A stretch of 64,000 nt of DNA from Thermoplasmata archaeon (GTDB lineage Archaea > Thermoplasmatota > Thermoplasmata > Lutacidiplasmatales > UBA184): the NCBI GenBank assembly GCA_022749815.1, contig JAKIWV010000003.1:158048-222047 (forward strand). The letters run 5' to 3'. Below are positions 46,542 to 55,981 of this stretch, piece after piece. Below the pieces are notes generated by a model. The model had not been told where the DNA came from, searched no databases, and saw only the letters and a list, made by a program, of their open reading frames with translations. The position numbers and the translations under genes were made by a program. The stretch's first letter is position 1, and every line of letters starts with the position of its first letter.

Positions 46542-47354
46542 ATGCTGCCGGACGAAGTGCGAATCTACGAGATCAAGCGGGTCGACGTCGAGGGCGCGAT
46601 CGTCCTCGACGGATTCCCCTCGGTGGGCCTCGTGAGCTCGATCGTCGCGAACTACTTGATCGACACGCTCGAGATGGAACAGATCGGGATCGTCGAATGC
46701 CCCTCCTTCCCCACGGTCTCGTTGGTACGGGATGGCAAGCCGCAGCATCCGGTGCGGATCTATTCGGGTACGCCGCCCCCGGGGCGGAACGGCCGGGTCG
46801 CTGACCGGATCGTGGCGTTTATTTCGGAGTTCCAGCCGCCGCCCAACGTCATCCACCCTCTCGCCACGGCCATCCTCAATTGGGTCCAAGAACAGCGCTG
46901 CGGTCTTCTCGTCTCCCCGGAAGGACTGGTCGTTGAACCGGCGCCGGGGGTCAAGGACCACCGGCGGGCCTCAAAGGTACCGGAGGTCCGGGTCTACGGC
47001 ATCGCCAGCACGCGCCGGGCCCAGGAGCTCTATATCGAGCCCAACGTGACGCCCTTCATGGAGGGCGTGATTACGGGCATCGCCGGTGTGCTGCTCAACG
47101 AAGGGCGACGCCGGGGCTTCGATGTGCTGACCTTCCTCGCCGAGGCGAACCCCGAGTACCCCGACGCTCGAGCCGCCGCCAAGATCATCGACACGATCAA
47201 TCATATCCTGCTGCGATCGAGTCTCGATCCCGAACCGTTGATCCGCGAGGCGGAGCGGATCGAGCAACAGCTGCTGACGATCCAGCGCTCCGCTCAGGAG
47301 CATCCCCGGCCCGAGCGGCCCGCCATTCATCAGTCGGCGCCGATGTATCGGTAG
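46542..47354 (+). CDS. PAC2-family proteasome assembly chaperone (PbaA/PbaB-like) with C-terminal HbYX motif
   Basis: IVLDGFPSVGLVSSIVANYLID core motif; C-terminus ...SAPMYR (hydrophobic-Tyr-X). Confidence 0.65.
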   Translation: MLPDEVRIYEIKRVDVEGAIVLDGFPSVGLVSSIVANYLIDTLEMEQIGIVECPSFPTVSLVRDGKPQHPVRIYSGTPPPGRNGRVADRIVAFISEFQPPPNVIHPLATAILNWVQEQRCGLLVSPEGLVVEPAPGVKDHRRASKVPEVRVYGIASTRRAQELYIEPNVTPFMEGVITGIAGVLLNEGRRRGFDVLTFLAEANPEYPDARAAAKIIDTINHILLRSSLDPEPLIREAERIEQQLLTIQRSAQEHPRPERPAIHQSAPMYR

Positions 47355-47356
47355 AG

Positions 47357-48652
47357 CTACGCGCCACGAACGCGCGCCCGCCGGATCGGGCGCTTCCCTC
47401 GCGACATCGGCGGCGCCTTCGCGGACGTCGTCGATGCAGGGATGCGGTCCAGCAGCTCGCGGACCCCCGTGACGAAGGTGTCGATGTCCGCTGGAGAGGT
47501 GTAGAGGTAGAACGAGGCTCGGATGCTTCCCGGGAGACTCCGCTCGCGGTACCAGGAATGCACGCAATGCATGCCGGAGCGGACCATGACCCGGTACCCC
47601 TCGTCGAGGAAGAGCGCGGCATCATTGGGGTCGACCCCGTCGAGAGTGAACGAGTAGATACTGGGTCGTTGCGCGGAGTCCTCGGGACCCAGGAGCCGCA
47701 CGCGAGGTTCCTGCGCCAACTCCCGGGTCGCCGTCGCGTTGAGGCTCCGGTCGTGGGCCTCCACCTCGTCGAGCCCTACCTGCTCCAGGTACTGCAGGCC
47801 GGCCGCGGCGCCCAGCACTCCGGCGTAATTCTGGAGCCCGGCCTCGAACCGATGGGGCGGTGGCCGGAGCTGGTGCTCGGTGAGCGTCGTCCACTCGACC
47901 GTCTCCCCGCCGATAACGAGCGGGGACAGTTTCGCCAGACGTTCCGGGTCACCGGCGAGCAGACCCGTGCCGCTCGGGCCCAGCATCTTGTGGAGAGATA
48001 GAGCGTAGAAGTCGATGCCGAGGGCTTGGAGGTCGACCCCCTGGTGCGGGGCCGCCTGGCATCCATCGATCAGAACCTCGGCGCCTTTTCGGTGAGCCCG
48101 TTCAGTAATCTCCCGGACTGGGAGCGACCGCCCGTCGAGGTTGGATGTTTGGAAGAAGCTCACGAGCCGAACCCCCCGCGCCAGCTCCCGGTCGAGCGCC
48201 TCGGCATCGAACGTGCCATCCGAGGGCAGGCGAAGGTGGGCGAGTTGAAGTCCCCGTTCCTGGGCGAGCCGTTGCCAGACGACGAGGTTGGAATTGTGCT
48301 CCTGATCGGTCACCAGCACCCGGTCTCCGGGCTTCCAATCGAATCCGCGAGCGACGAGGTTGATGGCTTCTGTGGCGTTCCGGAGAAAGACGATCCCCGA
48401 AGGAGACGGAGCGCCGAGGAAGCGGGCGAACGATTCTCGGGCGCCCTCGTAGCGATGGCCCACTTCTTCGGCGAAGCGGTGGAGGCTCCGACCCGCGCAG
48501 CCCGGGTAGTCCGTATAGTACTCCTGGATCGCATCGAGAACGGCTTGGGGTACGAGGGACATGCAGGCCGAGTCGAGGTAGACCGGGGGGGGAGCGCCTT
48601 TGGTGCCTCGCAGCGCGGGGAAATCCCTGCGCCTCCGGTCGATGTCGCTCAT
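47357..48652 (-). CDS. cysteine desulfurase (SufS/CsdA, class V aminotransferase)
   Basis: YLDSACMSL...SLHKMLGPSGTG (PLP-Lys)...RSGMHCVHS (catalytic Cys). Confidence 0.85.
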   Translation of the reverse strand: MSDIDRRRRDFPALRGTKGAPPPVYLDSACMSLVPQAVLDAIQEYYTDYPGCAGRSLHRFAEEVGHRYEGARESFARFLGAPSPSGIVFLRNATEAINLVARGFDWKPGDRVLVTDQEHNSNLVVWQRLAQERGLQLAHLRLPSDGTFDAEALDRELARGVRLVSFFQTSNLDGRSLPVREITERAHRKGAEVLIDGCQAAPHQGVDLQALGIDFYALSLHKMLGPSGTGLLAGDPERLAKLSPLVIGGETVEWTTLTEHQLRPPPHRFEAGLQNYAGVLGAAAGLQYLEQVGLDEVEAHDRSLNATATRELAQEPRVRLLGPEDSAQRPSIYSFTLDGVDPNDAALFLDEGYRVMVRSGMHCVHSWYRERSLPGSIRASFYLYTSPADIDTFVTGVRELLDRIPASTTSAKAPPMSRGKRPIRRARVRGA

Positions 48653-49914
48653 GCGCCTCCAGTCGCTTGCAGGCCCAGCGCTCCCGTGACGAGGGTCACG
48701 GCGCCGAGGACCAGCGCGGATTCGTCAGGGAAGAAGGTGGGGCTGTGCAACGAGGCGGTCATCGACGGAGAACCGACACCCAGACGGAGGAAGGTACCGG
48801 GCACCCGTTCGAGATACCGGGCGAAATCCTCCCCTCCCATGCCGGGGTGGTGGAGTTCGACCAGCCGAGTGGGCCCGAGCTCGCGGCCGAGCGCGTCCAC
48901 GACGCTCTGGGTGGCCGCCGGGTCGTTGACGAGCACCGGATATCCGTGACGGTACCGAAGCAGTGCCGACGCACCCATGCTCCCGGCGATCATTCGGACC
49001 CGACGGCGGATCCAAGCCTCCGCCTTCGACCGCGTCTTCGGGTCCACGGTGCGAACAGTTCCCGTCAATACGACTTCCTGCGGGATCACGTTGTGCCGGG
49101 TCCCCCCGTGGATCGTTCCGACCGTAACTACGACGGGGTCTACCGGGTTCCGCACCCGGCTCACCAACGCCTGGAGCCCCGTGACGATCTCTGCGGCGAC
49201 CAGCACGGCGTCCGGGCCCTGGTGCGGAGTCGAGGCATGGCCCGGTGTTCCCCGGACGCGAATCTCGAACTGATCGGGTGCCGCCATGAGCGCACCCTTC
49301 TTCCAGCCCACCGCTCCGAGAGGCACCTCCGACGCGACGTGCTGGCCGAGCACGTAGTCGACCCGAGGCGACTCGAACGCTCCCCGTTCCAAGAGAGGTA
49401 GGGCCCCCCCTCGACCTCCCTCCTCCTCGGCGGGTTGGAAGACGAGTTTGACGGTCCCCCGGAGCCGTCCCGGATTCCGTTTGAGCAGCGTGGCCGCCCC
49501 CAGGAGACAGGCCATGTGGACGTCGTGCCCGCAGGCGTGCATTCGGCCTTCGAACCGCGAAGCGAACGGAGCGTGGGTCTCCTCGACGACGGGTAGTGCA
49601 TCCATGTCGGCGCGAAGCGCTACCACGGGGCCCGAGCGGTCGGACTGGATCACGCCCACAACGCCGTTGGAATACGAACCGAAAGTCCGGGTCGGAACCC
49701 CGAGACCGTCAAGCGCGTGGAGAAGCTTCTCGCGCGTGAGGACCTCCTCGTTGGAGAGCTCGGGCTCCTGATGGAACGCGACGCGCCACGCCCGAAGCGC
49801 CGGGAGCAGCCGTCGAGCTTCCCGGCTCCATCGATTCTGTGGCCGGACCATCTCAAACGCCTCGAACGGCGTCGGTCTAATAACAGCCGCCCCGGAGACT
49901 GGATTCGTGCGCAT
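48649..49914 (-). CDS. M20D-family amidohydrolase (N-acyl-L-amino acid amidohydrolase/hippurate hydrolase-like)
   Basis: ALRADMDALPV...HACGHDVH...metal-binding signature. Confidence 0.8.
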   Translation of the reverse strand: MRTNPVSGAAVIRPTPFEAFEMVRPQNRWSREARRLLPALRAWRVAFHQEPELSNEEVLTREKLLHALDGLGVPTRTFGSYSNGVVGVIQSDRSGPVVALRADMDALPVVEETHAPFASRFEGRMHACGHDVHMACLLGAATLLKRNPGRLRGTVKLVFQPAEEEGGRGGALPLLERGAFESPRVDYVLGQHVASEVPLGAVGWKKGALMAAPDQFEIRVRGTPGHASTPHQGPDAVLVAAEIVTGLQALVSRVRNPVDPVVVTVGTIHGGTRHNVIPQEVVLTGTVRTVDPKTRSKAEAWIRRRVRMIAGSMGASALLRYRHGYPVLVNDPAATQSVVDALGRELGPTRLVELHHPGMGGEDFARYLERVPGTFLRLGVGSPSMTASLHSPTFFPDESALVLGAVTLVTGALGLQATGGA

Positions 49915-50231
49915 CGGTCAACGAGGCCCCACGACGGACCCCTTGCATCCCATCGCGGTGGCGAACACCGTTTGCCCCCGTCCACCGGGACCGCGCGACA
50001 CGGCCTAGGGGGCTGGCCAATCTGGTTCCGCCAGGAAGTAATTCCTGGACTCCCGACACAAGGCCCCCATCCGAGTTCTGTCGTAAAATCGTCTGGATGG
50101 GCCTCCCCGCCGTCGAATGTAGCGATTCGCCTGGTGCCCGGACCGACTTCGGTGCGCGGGCAAGGTGTTCCTCGTCAGAAGCCTCCGTTTCTCTTATCAG
50201 GGGCCTCCCTGTGCGGGGCGCGAGGTCGTCC

Positions 50232-50696
50232 ATGAAATGGGTTACTCGGGAAAAGGCGCGAGTGGACCGCATCGCTTGTCCTTGGCTCATACGAAAATTC
50301 ATCGATCCGAAGGCCGAGTTCCTCTATGTTGCAAAGGACATGGTGTTGAAGGTCGCCCAATCGGAAGGCGCCATCCCCTTCGACACGCCGGGAGCTGAAC
50401 TCCACCATTACCAGGACGGTGGAATCGAGTACGTCAGCTTCGATTCGATGATCCGGAAGTACAGGCTCTCCGACCCGGCTCTGCTGGAACTGGCCAAGAT
50501 CGTTCGGGTCGCCGATGGTGGGTCCGGCGAGGTGGCCGAAGCGGCGGGACTCGAAGCCGCCGCGACGGGATTCCGCATGATGGCAAAGGACGATTTTGAG
50601 AACCAGAAGCTCCAATTCCCTCTGTACGACGCCCTCTACATGTACTGCAAGTGGAAGGTCGAAAAGGGTGGAAAACTCGAACACTCCGGCGGCTGA
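50232..50696 (+). CDS. ChrB-like chromate-resistance domain protein (PF09828)
   Basis: MKWVTREKARVDRIACPWLIRKFIDPKAEFLYV. Confidence 0.55.
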   Translation: MKWVTREKARVDRIACPWLIRKFIDPKAEFLYVAKDMVLKVAQSEGAIPFDTPGAELHHYQDGGIEYVSFDSMIRKYRLSDPALLELAKIVRVADGGSGEVAEAAGLEAAATGFRMMAKDDFENQKLQFPLYDALYMYCKWKVEKGGKLEHSGG

Positions 50697-50803
50697 ATTT
50701 CGGGGTTCCCTGGCGAGGGTCTGGTGGAAGGACCTGACGCGGGGGGCCGGGGTGCGAACGGCCGAACGGAGATCCGTCTCGGTGAGATGCGAGAGAGTCT
50801 GAG

Positions 50804-51727
50804 ATGCCCCTCACCGAGGTCAGCCGACTCCGGCTCCCGCCTCACCCAGACGACGGCGGGTTCGACCACGCGGCCATTCATCGATCCGGGTCCCGTCTCT
50901 ATGTGGCGCACCCGTCGAACGACGGGGTTGATGTCATCGACCTCAGCGCACGGAGGTTCGTGCACTCCCTCTCCTCACTGAAGGGAGTGGCAGGGGTTTG
51001 GGTCTCGGAGGAGGGCGGATTGCTCTTCACGACCAACCGAAGGGAAGACACCGTGAGCGTGTTTCGCCTCCCGGACGAAACGGAACTGTACCGGTTGCCG
51101 ACGGGCTCTCGACCGAACGGGATCGCATTTGATGCCCGCCGACAGACCCTGCTGGTGGCCGGCGTTGGCCATCCGGACATCGGCGCCCCACCTCTCGCCA
51201 CCGTGATCGACGCATCGACGGGGAGGCGGCTCCACCAGTTTCCCTTCCCCGGTCGCTCGCGATGGGCCACTTTCCATGCGGCCACGGACTCCTTCTACGT
51301 GAACATCGCGGACCCGCCTCACATCGCGGTAATCGACGGCGGAACCCCTTCCGAGGTCCGGAGGCTCATCGACGTGCCCGGGCGGGGTCCCCATGGTCTG
51401 GACCAGGATCCAGATGGGAAGACCCTCTACTGCGCCTGCGATGACGGTCAGATGGTGCAGGTCGACGTCGACTCCGGAATCGTCCGGGCTGTCGGGGCGC
51501 TTGCCGGGGCCCCAGACGTCGTGTGGCTCAACGCCCGGCTCGGCCGCCTCTATGTCGCGATCGGAGAACCGGGGGTCGTTCAGGTCTTCCGGACCAACCC
51601 GTGGGCGCTCCTAGAGTCCGTCCCCACAGCCGAGGGGGCACACACGCTGACCGTCGACCCGAGGTCCGATGAGGTGCACGTCTTTCTTCCCCACTCGCAC
51701 GAGGACTTGGTGCTGCGGGACAGCTGA
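50804..51727 (+). CDS. YVTN/NHL-type beta-propeller repeat protein
   Basis: Repeated ~40-aa units (RLYVAHPSNDGVDVID; RPNGIAFD; LYCACDDGQMVQVD; RLYVAIGEPGVVQVF). Confidence 0.55.
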   Translation: MPLTEVSRLRLPPHPDDGGFDHAAIHRSGSRLYVAHPSNDGVDVIDLSARRFVHSLSSLKGVAGVWVSEEGGLLFTTNRREDTVSVFRLPDETELYRLPTGSRPNGIAFDARRQTLLVAGVGHPDIGAPPLATVIDASTGRRLHQFPFPGRSRWATFHAATDSFYVNIADPPHIAVIDGGTPSEVRRLIDVPGRGPHGLDQDPDGKTLYCACDDGQMVQVDVDSGIVRAVGALAGAPDVVWLNARLGRLYVAIGEPGVVQVFRTNPWALLESVPTAEGAHTLTVDPRSDEVHVFLPHSHEDLVLRDS

Positions 51728-51848
51728 GGGGCGACTCCGGCTAACGACCAGAGTACGACGTGCACCGCTGGGCCCGTGGACCCGCCGCCTTGATTCAGAC
51801 CCCCGATTAGAAGTACTTTTATAGTAGTGCAAGCCTCCTTCTGCTGTC

Positions 51849-51867
51849 GGAGCGCTTCAAGCGCTCC
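51849..51867 (+). promoter_or_regulatory. 19-bp perfect palindrome GGAGCGCTTcAAGCGCTCC between the TATA (TTTTATAG ~51817-51824) and the dnaK ATG; candidate operator
   Basis: 9-bp inverted repeat with a 1-nt spacer, located at the expected TSS/leader of dnaK. Confidence 0.4.
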
Positions 51868-51889
51868 TCACGGAGAAGGGATCCCGGTT

Positions 51890-53788
51890 ATGGCGAAAAT
51901 CATCGGCATCGACCTAGGCACGAGCAACTCTGCGGCCGCTGTACTCGAAGCGGGGCGTCCCGTCATCGTACCGAGTGCCGAAGGTACCACCGTCGGCGGC
52001 GGCAAGGCATTCCCATCGTACGTGGCGTTCGCCAAGGACGGCCAACTGATCGTCGGCGAACCCGCCCGGCGTCAAGCGGTCTCCAACGCCCAATTCACGT
52101 TCACAGCCTTCAAGCGAAAGATGGGCACGGAGTACCACTACCGAGGCCCCGACGGGAAGGAGTACACCCCGCAGCAACTCTCCGCCTTCCTCCTGCAGAA
52201 GATCAAGCGGGATGCCGAAGCCTTCCTCGGCGAGAAGGTCGAGAAGGCGGTCATCACGGTCCCTGCCTACTTCAACGACAACCAGCGTCAGGCGACGAAG
52301 GACGCCGGCCAGATCGCCGGACTTGAGGTCGTCCGCATCATCAATGAACCGACGGCCGCGTCGCTCGCCTACGGCCTCGACAAGGCCGGGAAGTCCCAGA
52401 AGATCCTCGTGTTCGACCTGGGGGGCGGGACGCTCGATGTGACGATCATGGAGTTCGGCGAGGGCGTCTTCGAGGTCGTTTCGACGAGCGGCGATACTCA
52501 GCTCGGCGGGACCGACATGGACGGTACCTTGGCGGAGTACGTGGCCGGGGAGTTCCGGAAGGAATCCGGGATCGACATTCGGGCCGACAAGATGGCCATG
52601 CAGCGGGTCCGGGACGCGGCGGAGAAGGCGAAGATCGAGCTCTCTTCCACTCTCGAGACCCAGATTAACCTTCCGTTCCTGACCGCCACGAACGAGGGTC
52701 CCAAGCATCTCGCGATGCCCCTGACCCGGGCCAAGCTCGAGGAATTGCTGCGACCGCTCATCGACCGTTGCCGCGCCCCCGTCGAACAAGCGATCTCCGA
52801 CGGCAAGCTCGCCAAAGAACAGATCGACCGGATCATCCTCGTGGGCGGACCCACCCGGATGCCGATGGTCATGAAGTTCGTCGAACAGCTGGTCGGTCGG
52901 CCGATCGAGCACGGCGTCGACCCGATGGAGTGCGTCGCGATGGGCGCCTCGATTCAAGCGGGAGTACTCGCCGGCGAAGTGAAGGACATCCTGTTGCTCG
53001 ACGTGACCCCGCTCTCATTGGGCGTCGAGACGATGGGCGGCGTGTTCACGAAGCTCATCGAGCGAAACACGACGATCCCGACCCGGAAAAGCCAGATCTT
53101 CACGACGGCGGCCGACAGCCAGAGCTCGGTGGAGATCAAGGTCTCCCAGGGCGAGCGGCCGATGGCCGCCGACAACGTGGCCCTCGGGAACTTCATGCTC
53201 ACGGGCATCCCGCTCGCGCCGCGGGGCGTGCCCCAAGTCGAGGTGTCCTTTGACATTGACGCGAACGGGATCCTGAACGTCTCCGCCAAGGACCTTGCCA
53301 CCGGGAAGAAGCAGGGGATTACTATCACGGCCTCGACGAAGCTCTCGAAGGAGGACATCGACCGGATGCTCAAGGAGGCCGAGCGGTTCGCGGCGGACGA
53401 CAAGTCTCGCCACGACCAGGCCGAGACCCGGAACCGGGCCGAAGCGCTCACGTACGAGGCGGAGCGCATCCTGACAGATGCGAAGGACAAGATCGCGGAG
53501 GCGGACGCCCAGGATGTTCACGCCAAGGTGGAAGCCCTCCGGGCAATCCTCGACTCCAAGGATCTGCCGGCCCTGAGACAAAAGACCGACGAGCTCACGA
53601 AGGCGCTCCACCAGATCTCCCAGAAACTGTACGAAACGGCGCAGCAGACGCCGCCGCCGTCCGGCCCCGCCGACGCCAGCGCCGGCCCGACCGAGGGCAC
53701 CGTTTCGCCGCCCTCAGGGAGCGGCCCGGTCGACGCGGACTTCAAGGTCGTCGACAAGCAGCCGGGCGACGAGAAGGGCGAGAGCTGA
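51890..53788 (+). CDS. dnaK: molecular chaperone DnaK (Hsp70)
   Basis: [10 protein letters not shown]...[10 protein letters not shown]...; 632 aa. Confidence 0.9.
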   Translation: MAKIIGIDLGTSNSAAAVLEAGRPVIVPSAEGTTVGGGKAFPSYVAFAKDGQLIVGEPARRQAVSNAQFTFTAFKRKMGTEYHYRGPDGKEYTPQQLSAFLLQKIKRDAEAFLGEKVEKAVITVPAYFNDNQRQATKDAGQIAGLEVVRIINEPTAASLAYGLDKAGKSQKILVFDLGGGTLDVTIMEFGEGVFEVVSTSGDTQLGGTDMDGTLAEYVAGEFRKESGIDIRADKMAMQRVRDAAEKAKIELSSTLETQINLPFLTATNEGPKHLAMPLTRAKLEELLRPLIDRCRAPVEQAISDGKLAKEQIDRIILVGGPTRMPMVMKFVEQLVGRPIEHGVDPMECVAMGASIQAGVLAGEVKDILLLDVTPLSLGVETMGGVFTKLIERNTTIPTRKSQIFTTAADSQSSVEIKVSQGERPMAADNVALGNFMLTGIPLAPRGVPQVEVSFDIDANGILNVSAKDLATGKKQGITITASTKLSKEDIDRMLKEAERFAADDKSRHDQAETRNRAEALTYEAERILTDAKDKIAEADAQDVHAKVEALRAILDSKDLPALRQKTDELTKALHQISQKLYETAQQTPPPSGPADASAGPTEGTVSPPSGSGPVDADFKVVDKQPGDEKGES

Positions 53789-53815
53789 GCCCGGGCGAAC
53801 CCGGCGCGGGACCCG

Positions 53816-54931
53816 CTACGTTTCGTCCGACCACGAACGTGGCGAGGGCCCGGTGTATCGTTCCGGAGGCCGAACCAGCCGGTTCTGAGCCACTTGTTCG
53901 AGGGCATGGGCTCCCCAGCCCGCCGTGCGCGCGAGGGCGAAGGTCGGCGTGAAGAGCGGCCGGGGGAGCCCCACTCCCTCGAGCAGGACCGCGCCATAGA
54001 AGTCCACATTCGTGAAGAGGGGCTGGTCCGGCCGCCGTTGGGTGAGTCGCTCCAGGGCGACCTCCTCAAATCGCCGGGCGAGAGCATACCGGTCCGGCGG
54101 CGCCACCTCCTGGGCAAAACTCCGGAGCAAAGTCGCCCGGGGATCCTCCACTCGGTAGGTGGGGTGACCGAAACCGTAGAGGCGGCCCCGCTGGTCGAGC
54201 GTACGGTCTATCCATGCCTCGACTTGATCGATGGAGCCGACGGCGTCGAGCATCTCCAGGACCTCGGGAGGCGCCCCTCCATGGAGTGGCCCCTTGAGAG
54301 CGCCGAGCGCCGCAGAGACCGCCGACGCGAGGTCGGAGCGGGTGGAGAGAACGATACGAAGGGCGAAAGTCGAGGCGGAGATGCCGTGGTCGCCGAGGAG
54401 AACGAAGTAGCGCTCCAGGGCGCGGACACGTTCCGGCGGGGGTCGAGTTCCCTGCACCATCCAAAGATAATTGGCAACGTGCCCGAGCTCCTGGTCAGGG
54501 GCCACGAAGGATGCGTGGGTCGATTGGCGGAACAGGCGGGCGACCAGCGTGGGACCCCGCGCAACGAGCTCGAGCGCCTCTCGGAGGGTCGGTGGGTAGA
54601 CCCGCGCCACGTCGTCCATGGCGGACACCGTGGTCCGGAGGCCGTCGATCGGCGGCGTCTCCTCCGGGAGGGACTCGAGCACTCGCTCGACCGTCGGAGG
54701 CAGGTCTCGACGGGCCCGGAGCTCGGATTGGACCTCTTGCGTTTCCGTTTCGTCGGGCCGATGCCCCGAAAGAAGAAGGCGGACGACCTGCTCGTACCCC
54801 AGGTGAGCGACAACGTCCTCGATCCGGAACCCGCGATAGGTGAGGACTCCGCGGCCCCCGTCGATACCGGTAATCGCGGTGTCACCTACGCCGACGGGTT
54901 CCGGACTCGCATTCACGCTCGGGACCTCCAC
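53816..54931 (-). CDS. citrate synthase family protein
   Basis: GFGHPTYRVEDPRA, HGGA...; citrate/2-methylcitrate synthase fold. Confidence 0.85.
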   Translation of the reverse strand: MEVPSVNASPEPVGVGDTAITGIDGGRGVLTYRGFRIEDVVAHLGYEQVVRLLLSGHRPDETETQEVQSELRARRDLPPTVERVLESLPEETPPIDGLRTTVSAMDDVARVYPPTLREALELVARGPTLVARLFRQSTHASFVAPDQELGHVANYLWMVQGTRPPPERVRALERYFVLLGDHGISASTFALRIVLSTRSDLASAVSAALGALKGPLHGGAPPEVLEMLDAVGSIDQVEAWIDRTLDQRGRLYGFGHPTYRVEDPRATLLRSFAQEVAPPDRYALARRFEEVALERLTQRRPDQPLFTNVDFYGAVLLEGVGLPRPLFTPTFALARTAGWGAHALEQVAQNRLVRPPERYTGPSPRSWSDET

Positions 54932-55034
54932 GCCAAAATTGACCGGGGGGAGACCCGGTCCTCGGTAAAGGAATCGCTCCGGTCGATGCGTGCCGGAAAG
55001 CCTTATCCCCGCTCCCCGGGTCGGCGGCCCGCCG

Positions 55035-55274
55035 ATGTCCGCGCCGGCGAGTTTGCTCGAACGGGCCGTGGATCAGAGGGTCTCGTTGCGGCTGAAGGAC
55101 TCGCGCCAGTTGGCGGGCCGGCTGCTCGGCCTGGACGACCACATGAACCTGGTGCTCGACGAGGTCGAGGAAATCACGTCCGCCGGCTCTCGACGCCTGG
55201 GCCGGGTTCTGGTCCGGGGGTCGAACGTCATCACGCTGAATGCTTCCGCAGGCCTCTCCCCGAAACGGAACTGA
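55035..55274 (+). CDS. Sm-like archaeal protein (LSm/SmAP)
   Basis: VSLRLKDSRQLAGRLLGLDDHMNLVLDEVEE...RLGRVLVRGSNVITL Sm1/Sm2 motifs. Confidence 0.75.
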   Translation: MSAPASLLERAVDQRVSLRLKDSRQLAGRLLGLDDHMNLVLDEVEEITSAGSRRLGRVLVRGSNVITLNASAGLSPKRN

Positions 55275-55980
55275 CGCCAAGGGGGCCGACCGATTGACCG
55301 GCCGGGCGAAGCGCTCTCGGTTGAAAGGGGAGGAGTTGCGGCTGCTCCGGTTCCTCGCCCACGGAGGAGCGGACCGAACTCCGGTCGAAATCACCTCTCG
55401 CGAGGTCGGGGAGCACCTCGAGGTGAGCCAGCAGGCCGCCGACCGCTACCTGGTGGACCTCTCGAAGCAGGGATTGATCTCGCGGTCGCTGGGGGCCCGC
55501 AAACAGCGGCTCACGATCACGCCCGCCGGGGTCGAGACCCTCCGGAAGGAGTATCACGCCTACCGACGCGTCTTCGAGGGGCCCGCGCGCCTGCGCTTCT
55601 CGGGACAGGTGGCGTCCGGCCTCGGCGAGGGCCGGTATTACCTGAGCCAGCCGGGATACATCGTGCAATTCCAGGAGCGGCTCTCCTATACGCCGTATCC
55701 CGGGACCCTTAACATTCGCGTCGACCCGAAGGAGCTGCTCCGGATCGACGGGCTCCGGCACTGGGAGGGGATTCGGATCGACGGGTTCCAGGCCAGCGGC
55801 CGCACGTTCGGGGGGGCGACGTGTTACGGGGGCCGCATCAACGGTCGGCCGTGCCATCTCATCCGGCCGGATCGGACCCACTACCAGGACGTGGTCGAGG
55901 TGATTGCCGCCGAATCCCTCCGGGAGTCCCTGGGAGTTCGCGACGGCGATACGGTCTCCGTCGAGGTCGAGGAGTCCTAG
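55240..55980 (+). CDS. ribK: CTP-dependent riboflavin kinase with N-terminal wHTH (MJ0056 family); true start probably at a TTG near 55294
   Basis: GEGRYYLSQPGYIVQFQERLSYTPYPGTLNI motif; N-terminal wHTH. Confidence 0.65.
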   Translation: MLPQASPRNGTDAKGADRLTGRAKRSRLKGEELRLLRFLAHGGADRTPVEITSREVGEHLEVSQQAADRYLVDLSKQGLISRSLGARKQRLTITPAGVETLRKEYHAYRRVFEGPARLRFSGQVASGLGEGRYYLSQPGYIVQFQERLSYTPYPGTLNIRVDPKELLRIDGLRHWEGIRIDGFQASGRTFGGATCYGGRINGRPCHLIRPDRTHYQDVVEVIAAESLRESLGVRDGDTVSVEVEES

Positions 55981-55981
55981 G

